Assembly (NCBI GenBank): GCA_964406775.1
Contig: CAYOSW010000005.1
Location: forward strand, 1,362 to 65,361
Direction: 5' to 3'
DNA: 64,000 nucleotides
From: an uncultured Gammaproteobacteria bacterium
GTDB lineage: Bacteria; Patescibacteriota; Microgenomatia; Daviesbacterales; UBA10151
The notes under the pieces are model-generated. The model saw only the letters and a program-made list of their open reading frames with translations, was not told where the DNA came from and made no database searches. Below, piece by piece: positions 45,032 through 53,542 of this stretch. Each line of letters opens with the position of its first letter. Within the stretch, counting starts at the first letter, position 1. The translations under genes were made by a program, and so were the position numbers.

Positions 45032-47398
45032 TTAAAGTCGTGCCCGTTCTGAAATATTTGCCTCAACCGCGGCCCGGTCTCTCCCGTATGTCAGCCTGGA
45101 TAGTTCGCGTATCGCCCGCCCGACTTCAGGACGGCGCATTTTTTGCCATTCCTCATAGGACGGGAATGTCGTGTCTACGGAGAAAGGATGAACGGGCTCT
45201 CCCTGCACCTGGGTTTTTACATAGATGTGGCGCGCTTCAATATTAACCAGATCCTGCTCATTAAAAGTAGGCGCAAACTCGTGCTGGAGGAAGTTGGCAT
45301 CGGTGACACCGACACGGAAAGCGATCACCGTACCGACGTTACCGAAAACGGCATTTTTTAACTCCTCGCCTATCTGACCTATAAATTGGTTAGCGACGGT
45401 TAAATTCAGCTTATATTTACGCGCCTCGGCCAAAATTTCAGCAAAAGTGTCGGTTGCGAAGTTTTGGAACTCATCAACGTACAGGAAAAAGTCGCGTCTT
45501 TGTTCCTGAGGAATATCGGTTCGGCTCATTGCAGCGGCTAAAATCTTCGGAACCAGAACCAGCCCTAAAAAGTTTGAATATTCATCCCCGATCCTCCCTT
45601 TTGATAAATTCACAATCAGAATCTTTCCCTGGTCCATAACCTGACGCAGATTGAACGAAGAGACAGATTGGCCGATGATATTTCTCATCATCATATTGGT
45701 AACAAACCGCCCGAACTTTGATACGTTATAATCCAAAATTTCCGATTTATGGAATTCTGCAGTTTGGGCAATCTGGTCGGTCCAATACCTGCGGACAACC
45801 GGATCCTGAACGTAGGGCAAAAGCTCCTTTACGAATTCCGGATCAGTCAAAACACGTACCACCTCAAGAAAAGTATTGCCGGGTTTACTCATACAGGTCA
45901 GCATCGCATTACGGACGTTATGCTCAAACCTCGGCCCGATAATACCGGTTTTATGAGGATCATAAAGCTTGTACATCAGTCCGATGATTGAAGCAACCAC
46001 AAAGTGTTTTTGCTCCTCGGTTGTGGCTTCAAGCATATTCAAACCGAAGGGGCGGGCAGAATCAGAGGGGTCAAAATAAATTACATCCTGGGCGCGGTTG
46101 GGCGGAATCCTCTCCAACATATCTTCCGCCGCATCTCCGTGGGGATCAATAAAACAAATACCCCGACCGGCATAAATATCCTGAATCATCATAGACTTTA
46201 AAAGCTCGGTTTTTCCGGTACCGGTTCTTCCGATGATATACATATGCCTTTGACGGTCAAAATCGGAAATAAACACCGGCCGTTCCTGACCCCGGAATTT
46301 CGATTTACCGATATAAAGACCTTTTGTCGGAATTTTTTCAGGAGGAGGGGCCGATTTGGCGGGAAGCCACTGAATATGCGGAGTTTCAACTTGTTTATTC
46401 GGTAAGTGGAAAAGCGAGGAAATCTCGTCCGCAGTTAAAACGGAAAGTTTATCAAATCTGGGTAGATATCTGTAAACAAAATCTCTGATAAAGCCTTTTT
46501 GTGAAGGAATTTTGGCTCCAGTAAAGCCGTTATACGGCCCGTTAAACTGCTCAAAAGCCGCTTTAATGTTGCCTAAATGAGCCTTAGCGGCTTCCTCCGA
46601 AGTCGAGGATGTAACAATCCGAACTATGGTTGAAAATCCGGCTTTAGTTATCTTTCCCTCGACTGCCTCAAGCTGTTTCTGATCCGGAGGAGCTTTCGGC
46701 TTCTCACCGTCTCCCGGATCGCGCTCCTTTTTCAGGAATTTCTTTCCCGAATTCTTAAAGTCATCGCCTGCAGGAGCTATAAGTAATTGAATTACCGCCC
46801 CTTCTCCCTGCTGCATTTTTCCGAGTGCTGAGGTAATACCTGATAACGGATCTGTCGGAAGCTCCTTATAAGTTTTTATCGGAAAATAATCGGAAGATTT
46901 AAGTTTGTAAGCGGTATAGGCAACCTTGCCGGTTTCCGAAAAAATATTATATTCAGGAACTTCTTTTACCGATGCGTCCGGATATGCTCCGTTGATTTGT
47001 TTTTCAATTAAATCCTGGTATTTTTTATGGCAGGCGACGTAAAATCTGATCGATTCCGGCAGCGCCACAATCTCAAAGGCAATATGAGGTTGGGGCTTTA
47101 AGTCCTTAAACATCCCCAAAAATCCTCCCGCTCCGATTTTTATGGAATACAGAGCTGAGATAAACTGCTCGGCCGCGTCAATTTTTACTTCATTGGCCTT
47201 AGGAACGGTAATTTGCAGCAGTACAAACCCCAATGAATATTTCTCCCGCTCCCGGTATTTATACAGATTCTTAAAATATGGATAAAAATATATCAAAAAA
47301 CCAATCAGAATGAGTGTTCCGAACAGGGCGACTAAAACCAAAACTGCAAAAAACAATAAGTCCGGTCCCTGAGCAACAGTAGTTTGAGTAACTTCCAT
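45032..47398 (-). CDS. membrane-anchored FtsK/HerA/TraD-superfamily P-loop ATPase (type IV coupling-protein-like)
   Basis: 788 aa ORF. Two N-terminal TM helices, Walker A HMYIIGRTGTGKTE and Walker B FFLYVDEFQNF. The architecture resembles VirD4/TraG/TraD coupling proteins. Family assignment is tentative. Confidence 0.5.
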   Translation of the reverse strand: MEVTQTTVAQGPDLLFFAVLVLVALFGTLILIGFLIYFYPYFKNLYKYREREKYSLGFVLLQITVPKANEVKIDAAEQFISALYSIKIGAGGFLGMFKDLKPQPHIAFEIVALPESIRFYVACHKKYQDLIEKQINGAYPDASVKEVPEYNIFSETGKVAYTAYKLKSSDYFPIKTYKELPTDPLSGITSALGKMQQGEGAVIQLLIAPAGDDFKNSGKKFLKKERDPGDGEKPKAPPDQKQLEAVEGKITKAGFSTIVRIVTSSTSEEAAKAHLGNIKAAFEQFNGPYNGFTGAKIPSQKGFIRDFVYRYLPRFDKLSVLTADEISSLFHLPNKQVETPHIQWLPAKSAPPPEKIPTKGLYIGKSKFRGQERPVFISDFDRQRHMYIIGRTGTGKTELLKSMMIQDIYAGRGICFIDPHGDAAEDMLERIPPNRAQDVIYFDPSDSARPFGLNMLEATTEEQKHFVVASIIGLMYKLYDPHKTGIIGPRFEHNVRNAMLTCMSKPGNTFLEVVRVLTDPEFVKELLPYVQDPVVRRYWTDQIAQTAEFHKSEILDYNVSKFGRFVTNMMMRNIIGQSVSSFNLRQVMDQGKILIVNLSKGRIGDEYSNFLGLVLVPKILAAAMSRTDIPQEQRRDFFLYVDEFQNFATDTFAEILAEARKYKLNLTVANQFIGQIGEELKNAVFGNVGTVIAFRVGVTDANFLQHEFAPTFNEQDLVNIEARHIYVKTQVQGEPVHPFSVDTTFPSYEEWQKMRRPEVGRAIRELSRLTYGRDRAAVEANISERARL

Positions 47399-47427
47399 AG
47401 TGAATTTAGTATTTTATCATCAAGCCG

Positions 47428-47859
47428 TCAGTTGTGTAGCCAATCGACAAATTTTTTAACGGGTCCACGGTTATCTTTTTTCGGCTCAGTTGCAAACTGC
47501 ATCCTCCTGTCCTCTTTCTCAGCTCTTTGGGTCGTAAAGTGATGCGCCTCGCCCACAACGTGGGTCCGGCCGGTGACCAGTTGGTCGGCATAATCTAAAT
47601 GCTCAGAGAGAGTTTTCAGAGGAGACAGCGCTGTTTCCGGCGATCTAAAACTCCCCGGAATTTTGTTTTCCATATCGATTTTACCCTGATCTATAATATT
47701 TTCGGCAGGCTGATCAGGGACGTGCACAGGCTTGACCGCTTCGTATGTCACCGGAACTCCCGCATTTTGCAAATTCCCGGCTACGGATTTCTGGAGATCA
47801 TTAAGACGGGTTTCCGTATATGTAATTTGGGCACTAGGCTGGGCAGGTACTTCGGCCAT
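47428..47859 (-). CDS. hypothetical protein
   Basis: 143 aa ORF immediately downstream of the ATPase gene. No motif recognised. Confidence 0.35.
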   Translation of the reverse strand: MAEVPAQPSAQITYTETRLNDLQKSVAGNLQNAGVPVTYEAVKPVHVPDQPAENIIDQGKIDMENKIPGSFRSPETALSPLKTLSEHLDYADQLVTGRTHVVGEAHHFTTQRAEKEDRRMQFATEPKKDNRGPVKKFVDWLHN

Positions 47860-47892
47860 AAGATCATTATAAACAAAGCTGAGTGTTAAAGT

Positions 47893-48183
47893 CTAAGCAA
47901 GGTTAGGTAAAACACACACAACTCTTCCTAATATTCTTTTTCTTTCAATCCAGGGGTAAGACTTGGAGTCATTACTGTTATCCCCCTTTACTAAAATAAG
48001 CTTATTCTTAGCCTCCGCAACTCTTTTAACAATCACTTTATCCCCGTCTCTGAAGGCAATCAGGTGTCCTTTTTTTGGATTCAAAAATAAATAAGGCAAC
48101 CCCGTTACCAATATTTCCTGACCCGGATTTAGCACGGGCTGCATACTGTGACCGGAAACTTTAAAACGGGACAGAACGATCAT
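47893..48183 (-). CDS. sodX: S26-family signal-peptidase-like maturation protease for Ni-SOD (SodX-like)
   Basis: 96 aa ORF with SGHSMQP (the Ser nucleophile box) and VKRV (the Lys box) of the Ser/Lys dyad. Lies directly downstream of sodN, overlapping it by 4 nt. Confidence 0.65.
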   Translation of the reverse strand: MIVLSRFKVSGHSMQPVLNPGQEILVTGLPYLFLNPKKGHLIAFRDGDKVIVKRVAEAKNKLILVKGDNSNDSKSYPWIERKRILGRVVCVLPNLA

Positions 48184-48689
48184 TCACTTTCGTAAGTAAC
48201 AATCTCGCCCTCTGTGGGGTAGAGTGATTTAATTCTCTTTGGCGTTACTCCCTTGGATTTGTAAAATATTTCAGCAAATTCCTGCACTTTAGAAAGGAGC
48301 TGTCCTGCCGATTCTCTATCTATGTCCTGTTTGGCTTTTGACGCCAGTTTCATTATTTCAAAAACCAGTTGATGAAGTTCCGGGAACTTCTCCAGGTGTT
48401 CAGGCTTAAAGTAGTCGCCCCAGATTACCCTTACCTCGTATTTAATTTTTTCAGCGTGATCTTCTTTAGTCCGGGTAAGTCTGGCTATCTTATGCACATC
48501 TTCGCCGGCCTCGGACAATAAATCCGTCATTCTTATAACCGTATGTGCCGAAAGTTGAGCTTCGTGGGGGTCATATATTCCGCAGGGAATATCACAATGA
48601 GCGTAAATAGTACCTAACGGAAGAAATTTTATAATAAGACTTACAATCCGCATAGTTAAAAATATAACACTTCGCATCACATTAACCAA
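48180..48689 (-). CDS. sodN: nickel superoxide dismutase precursor
   Basis: 169 aa ORF. Leader peptide followed by HCDIPCGIYDP, the Ni-hook (His-Cys-x-x-Pro-Cys-Gly-x-Tyr). Also has conserved GDYFKPEHLEKFPELHQLV. Confidence 0.85.
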   Translation of the reverse strand: MVNVMRSVIFLTMRIVSLIIKFLPLGTIYAHCDIPCGIYDPHEAQLSAHTVIRMTDLLSEAGEDVHKIARLTRTKEDHAEKIKYEVRVIWGDYFKPEHLEKFPELHQLVFEIMKLASKAKQDIDRESAGQLLSKVQEFAEIFYKSKGVTPKRIKSLYPTEGEIVTYESE

Positions 48690-48694
48690 GGATG

Positions 48695-49639
48695 TTATTG
48701 AGTCTTATCCGTAACAGACTGGTTCTCGAGATAATGCTCGACCTCAAAAGTCGCTTTTGTTCCCGCACCGGCAGCTGTCACCGCCTGACGGTATTTAAAG
48801 TCGGATACATCACCCGCTATAAATATCCCGGGGACCGAACTGAGTACTTCATCGCGGACCTTTACGTAGCCTTTTTCATCCAAATCCAAATGTCCTTTCA
48901 GAAAATCCGTTGAAGGTTTGTGCCCGATGGCGATAAATACCGCATCAATCGGCATCTCGGAGACCTGCCCCGAAACCGTATCTTTAAGCTTTACACCCTT
49001 CACCATATCCTCCCCCAATACCTCCTCTATAACTTTATTGAAAAGGATTTCCACATTGGGCTTTGATTTAACCAGATCCACAAGGGCTTTTTGAGCACGG
49101 AACTGATCTCTACGGTGAACTACATAAAGTTTTCCGGCAATCTTCGAAAGATGCTGAGCCTCCCTCATCGCGGTATCACCCCCACCGACGACGATAATAT
49201 TTTTTCCTTTGAAGAAAAATCCGTCACAAACCGCGCAAGCTGAAACACCCCTACCGATTAATTTTTGTTCTGACGGAATCCCCAACCACATAGCACTTGC
49301 ACCTGTGGCAATAATCACGGTTTGGGTTTTTATCTGCTGGGTTTCAGTCTGAATTAGATATGGCTGTTTGGAGAAATCCACAGAAACAACATCCTCATTA
49401 ATAAATCTTGTGGCAAATCTTTCAGCCTGGGCGCGCATTTTTGTCATCAGCTCCGGACCCTGAATTCCATCGGGAAATCCGGGGAAATCATCAACATCCG
49501 TTGTTAACATAAGCTGTCCTCCGGCCGCTCTTCCGGCAACAACCAGCGGATTTAAACCGCCCCGCGCTGCATAAATTGAGGCTGTTAAACCTGCAGGGCC
49601 CGATCCGACAATAACAAGTTTTTCCACTCCCTCACTCAT
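48695..49639 (-). CDS. trxB: thioredoxin reductase
   Basis: 314 aa ORF with FAD motif VIVGSGPAGLTA, the redox-active CAVC, and NADPH motif VVGGGDTA. Confidence 0.93.
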   Translation of the reverse strand: MSEGVEKLVIVGSGPAGLTASIYAARGGLNPLVVAGRAAGGQLMLTTDVDDFPGFPDGIQGPELMTKMRAQAERFATRFINEDVVSVDFSKQPYLIQTETQQIKTQTVIIATGASAMWLGIPSEQKLIGRGVSACAVCDGFFFKGKNIIVVGGGDTAMREAQHLSKIAGKLYVVHRRDQFRAQKALVDLVKSKPNVEILFNKVIEEVLGEDMVKGVKLKDTVSGQVSEMPIDAVFIAIGHKPSTDFLKGHLDLDEKGYVKVRDEVLSSVPGIFIAGDVSDFKYRQAVTAAGAGTKATFEVEHYLENQSVTDKTQ

Positions 49640-49690
49640 AGGATATTAAAAATACAGGATTATACTTACTTTCTCAAGTACTTACCGGTT

Positions 49691-49951
49691 TTACCGTTTA
49701 GTCTTTGCGGAAGGCGAGGCCTGTTTAGAACTTCCGGATTTGGTCGCTTCTTTTGGATTGGCAGACGCAGACGCTACAACTGAAGGACTTGGCTGTAAAG
49801 AGGGCGAAGGAGCGATAGACGGCGCCATTACTACCTCAGGCGATGGTGTCGGTGCCGGTGTTGAAGCCACTTTGTCCCGAAGCCAAACTAAATAGGTGCC
49901 CAAAAGAATGATGATTAATATTATTACTACTATTGTGATGTTCCTACTCAT
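49691..49951 (-). CDS. small membrane-anchored Pro/Ser-rich protein
   Basis: 86 aa ORF with an N-terminal TM helix and a PS-rich low-complexity tail. Confidence 0.3.
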   Translation of the reverse strand: MSRNITIVVIILIIILLGTYLVWLRDKVASTPAPTPSPEVVMAPSIAPSPSLQPSPSVVASASANPKEATKSGSSKQASPSAKTKR

Positions 49952-50045
49952 ACAGTTCCCCTCCTCCCGGCAGCTTTGGGGCTAGTATAGACTTACACCT
50001 CCCTCTTTGACAAGGATCAAAAATCACGTATATTGAGTATCTAAA

Positions 50046-50603
50046 ATGGACAAAAAAGATGTTTATTTCGAACCCGGTTTTAAACAGTATTTAATTTTTT
50101 TTGAGCAGGCAGTCATAGATCCCGCATTGTTTGCATCAAACCTAAAGAATTTAAATCTGAGAAAAAGTTTTGCCTTTTTTCTTGTCAATGCACTTTGCTG
50201 GCTTATCCTTTCTTCCTTAATAAAAACTTTTTTCCTCAATAAATATTCACTATTTTTTGCAGTTTTATCTGAAACACTTGTATTACTTTTCCCGCTTCTT
50301 ATCACAGCCGTCTCTTTCGGTATTTTACTGCACATAATAGCCAGATTTTTCGGAAGCAGAGCTAAAATAACCAGTAATCTTAAATCGGTTTTTTTCTCTT
50401 CTATTCTATTACCTTTTTTTGCCGTACCCGTTTTTAAAACGCTGGCAGTGATAATCAGTATATTTATATTGATTTATTGTTTTAAGAATGTGAACCGGTT
50501 TGACCGCTTAAGGGCATCTCTTTCGGTACTGATACCCGCAGTACTGATACTGCTGGTTCTATATTCGACAGGAATATTAAATTCCAACCTGATTACCCGA
50601 TGA
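50046..50603 (+). CDS. polytopic membrane protein (Yip1-like?)
   Basis: 185 aa ORF with 4 to 5 predicted hydrophobic helices. Its stop overlaps the start of the downstream oxidoreductase (ATGA). Confidence 0.45.
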   Translation: MDKKDVYFEPGFKQYLIFFEQAVIDPALFASNLKNLNLRKSFAFFLVNALCWLILSSLIKTFFLNKYSLFFAVLSETLVLLFPLLITAVSFGILLHIIARFFGSRAKITSNLKSVFFSSILLPFFAVPVFKTLAVIISIFILIYCFKNVNRFDRLRASLSVLIPAVLILLVLYSTGILNSNLITR

Positions 50604-51328
50604 AACTGAGACTTATTGAAAAAAAACAGGAAAATAGCGATACGATTAGTTTCTTATTTAAACCTGAGGAAAGTTTAATATACAAAGCCGGGCAATATCT
50701 CCGCTATCATATTGCAAATCCTCATCCTGATGAACGGGGCGAAAACCGTTTTTTTTCTATTTCTTCTGCGCCTTTTGAAAATATCATCCGCCTCTCTACA
50801 AAATTTGCCCTGAACGGATCGACATTCAAAAAGGATCTTCAGGCTCTTTCCAGGGGCGATACGGTTGAGGTTTCCGGTCCCTACGGTAAATTCTCAGCAG
50901 AAAATACGGATAAGGAATACGTATTTATTGCCGGAGGAATCGGAATAACTCCATTCCGGTCAATACTGTTTGATTGGGATCACAATAATCTGCCGATTAA
51001 GGCGACGTTAATTTATGCAACAAGGAATCAGGAGACTCTCTTTAAAGAGGAATTATTAAATCTTGTGAAGAGACATCACGGTTTTAAAATCTATCAAATT
51101 ATTTCCGGGAATATTGAAAAACAGGCAAAGAAAACAAATCTTACACTATTAAAAGGAAGGGTCGATGGGAATCTTATTAAGAAACTCATCCCGGAAATGC
51201 AAGATAAACTTTATTACATCTCGGGACCTGAAGAAATGGTTATGGAACTTGAACAGGTTATTTGGAATTTAGGAGTCCCCGAGGAAAATACCAAACGCGA
51301 TTATTTCCCGGGTTACGGCAACTACTGA
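50600..51328 (+). CDS. ferredoxin-NADP reductase-like FAD/NAD(P)-binding oxidoreductase
   Basis: 242 aa ORF with FAD-binding RFFSISS (R-x-Y/F-S), GPYG, and the NAD-binding GGIGITP motif. Confidence 0.75.
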   Translation: MKLRLIEKKQENSDTISFLFKPEESLIYKAGQYLRYHIANPHPDERGENRFFSISSAPFENIIRLSTKFALNGSTFKKDLQALSRGDTVEVSGPYGKFSAENTDKEYVFIAGGIGITPFRSILFDWDHNNLPIKATLIYATRNQETLFKEELLNLVKRHHGFKIYQIISGNIEKQAKKTNLTLLKGRVDGNLIKKLIPEMQDKLYYISGPEEMVMELEQVIWNLGVPEENTKRDYFPGYGNY

Positions 51329-52218
51329 TTCAACAATTTCAGGATTATTTCCCGGGCTAACTTTACAGTTTTTTCGCCCCCGGGTTTTTTAGGATTGATC
51401 TCAACCATATCCATAGAAACTTCCGGTCTTTTAAAAATCAGATCGAGAATTGCAAACACTTCATCTTTAAACCACCTTCCGTCCTCCGGTAACCCTGTTG
51501 CTTCAGAAACCGATCTGTCGAAGACATCGACGTCAAAATTAACGTGGATATGTCCGAAACGACCCAAGAAAGCATCTATCTCTTCAAGCCGTCCTTGCTT
51601 ATCTTCATTGAACTCCTCCCTGTTTATATTCCTGATATTATTTTCCCTATAGAAACGCTCTTCTTCCGTATTTTCCCCGTCAAAAATTATATCCCCAATC
51701 GCAAGTATCTGACCGGTCTGCATTTTACCCGGAACAAGCGAGTCAATATCAGGCTGATCAAATTTATCAAAAAAAGGACGCATATACATTCCGTGAAAGT
51801 TTTTTGATATGGATGTTTCCGATTGATGCATCTCACCGTGGGAATCAAATTGCACATATCCGACTTTACCGGGATCACCCATCCTTTCTATTACTGCCTC
51901 GAGGGAAGATAAAGTTACGGTGTTGTCTCCTCCTAAAACTATCTGTATCCCGCCTGCCCCCATATTTGCGTTGATCAAATCTTTAAGATCCTTTAATTCA
52001 CCGGCAATTATTTCCCAATATTTTTCGTGAGGTATTTTTTCAGGTTCGGTAAAAATAAAGTTATTTACCTGAGGATTTTGTACTTCTTTTAAAAATTCTT
52101 CAGTCAGTACTGCGTCAGATGCTTCTTCGACACCGAAATTAAATTCACTGTGCCTTATCGGAGGATGCGTTAAACCGATTCTGGATTTAACCTTAAAAAA
52201 ATACGGAGTTTTACCCAC
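51322..52218 (-). CDS. arginase/agmatinase/formiminoglutamase-family ureohydrolase
   Basis: 298 aa ORF with Mn-binding motifs (GGDNTVT, DSHGEM, VNFDVDVFD, SMDMVEINP). Confidence 0.8.
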   Translation of the reverse strand: MGKTPYFFKVKSRIGLTHPPIRHSEFNFGVEEASDAVLTEEFLKEVQNPQVNNFIFTEPEKIPHEKYWEIIAGELKDLKDLINANMGAGGIQIVLGGDNTVTLSSLEAVIERMGDPGKVGYVQFDSHGEMHQSETSISKNFHGMYMRPFFDKFDQPDIDSLVPGKMQTGQILAIGDIIFDGENTEEERFYRENNIRNINREEFNEDKQGRLEEIDAFLGRFGHIHVNFDVDVFDRSVSEATGLPEDGRWFKDEVFAILDLIFKRPEVSMDMVEINPKKPGGEKTVKLAREIILKLLNQ

Positions 52219-52237
52219 TTAGTGATAATATTGGAAT

Positions 52238-52411
52238 ATGTTAAGTCCCGCAACTCCCCAAAGCACTTCAAATTACTCACATCAAAATAAACAAAACCCG
52301 CGTCCGGATCAGCAACTTTGTCCCGGCTGCGGTTATATAATGGGAAGTCTTGCCGGAAGCCAAGATGCCGTCTGTAGAAATTGCGGTTTTAAGGATCCCT
52401 GTTGCGAATAA
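52238..52411 (+). CDS. small zinc-ribbon peptide (C-x2-C ... C-x2-C)
   Basis: Not in the ORF track because it is under 60 aa. Hand translation gives MLSPATPQSTSNYSHQNKQNPRPDQQLCPGCGYIMGSLAGSQDAVCRNCGFKDPCCE. Confidence 0.3.
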   Translation: MLSPATPQSTSNYSHQNKQNPRPDQQLCPGCGYIMGSLAGSQDAVCRNCGFKDPCCE

Positions 52412-52473
52412 CTGCCGATTGTCATTATTCTGTCAAGAAATACATCCATCTTTACAGATAATTAACCAAATTA

Positions 52474-53493
52474 ATGGATAAAAATATTTTTGAGAACTTT
52501 GTAAAAACTTTTAATACTTCAACCCGGAAAGCGGCCATCGCAGCTTATAAGGAGATTCAAAAACTCCATAAGGAACAACCTGATCCGCAATCTAGAGATA
52601 ATAAAGCGCTCGGAAGATTAATTGATAAAGCCGCAGTTGAAGCAATGCAGGAAGTTTTTGAGACTCAGCCTCATTTTTATATAGAAATAAGAGGCAGTGA
52701 GGGCAGAAAAGATACCCGCAGAGACGGAATAGAGAGTCCGGATTTATACGGGTCTTACGGTCCTGAAAAAGGAGCCGTTGTAGAAATTGTTAATGATGCT
52801 GTTGAAGGAACAGCTTTTGCTTCAAGAAATGTTCCCGGAGCCGGTTCGGTTTTAACCGCTGCACTGAATCAACAAAACGGTTTAATTCAAACCGGTAATT
52901 TTGATTATATGAATAAACTTTTCGGACCTGCGCCTCTCAAAGGAAAAATCTCGCTCGAATTAAGTCCTTCGGAAAATATTAAGATCGCCTTAAAGGAATT
53001 AAAGATCCGTAACCCTGCAGATTTAGCCGTCGTTATTCTTGACCGCCCAAGAAATCAATTTGAAATTCAATCGGCAGAAAGTTTAGGAACGACTGTTATT
53101 CTCATTCCGGGAGGAGATCTGACTCCAGGACTTTTGGCTGTATCGGATCCGGGAATAATTTCCAAACTTAAAAACAGCAAGATTCCTCGGTTAGCTAAAG
53201 GAGTCCTTGTTATGGGCAGCGGCGGTTGGGAAGAAGGAATTATCGTTGCTGCGGCAGCTAAAGCTTCGGGAGGATTTGCCCAGGGGAAAATTTATTCCGA
53301 AGACAAAGAAGCGGTTGAACAGGCTAAAATTCTGGAGGTCAGTGATTTAGTTCCGGCAGAACCCGAATCTCTACTGGTAAGTCTTACCCCGATTACTGGC
53401 GATCCCTGGTTCGGCATTTCAGGCATATCAACTGAACTTAAATCTCATACAATTAACATAACTCATAAGGGCCTTGATATCTCGGAGAATTAG
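52474..53493 (+). CDS. glpX: fructose-1,6-bisphosphatase class II (GlpX-like)
   Basis: 339 aa ORF with GlpX-family motifs (ILDRPR, GTAF, GSGGWEEGIIVAAAAKASGG). Confidence 0.75.
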   Translation: MDKNIFENFVKTFNTSTRKAAIAAYKEIQKLHKEQPDPQSRDNKALGRLIDKAAVEAMQEVFETQPHFYIEIRGSEGRKDTRRDGIESPDLYGSYGPEKGAVVEIVNDAVEGTAFASRNVPGAGSVLTAALNQQNGLIQTGNFDYMNKLFGPAPLKGKISLELSPSENIKIALKELKIRNPADLAVVILDRPRNQFEIQSAESLGTTVILIPGGDLTPGLLAVSDPGIISKLKNSKIPRLAKGVLVMGSGGWEEGIIVAAAAKASGGFAQGKIYSEDKEAVEQAKILEVSDLVPAEPESLLVSLTPITGDPWFGISGISTELKSHTINITHKGLDISEN

Positions 53494-53542
53494 TCAGAAT
53501 GGTGTCTAGCAAATTAGTTATTTCTTTAGCATAATACTTTTT

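Noticed and set aside
44980-45246. 88-aa plus-strand ORF starting inside tRNA-Ile and running antisense into the ATPase gene.
   Set aside because: It overlaps a well-formed tRNA and the C-terminus of a 788-aa gene on the other strand. It is a shadow ORF.
47893-48183. S26 peptidase initially considered as a conjugative TraF-type peptidase linked to the nearby T4CP-like ATPase.
   Set aside because: It overlaps by 4 nt and is co-oriented with the Ni-SOD precursor gene. Ni-SOD requires exactly such a leader peptidase. Adjacency to sodN is the stronger functional link.
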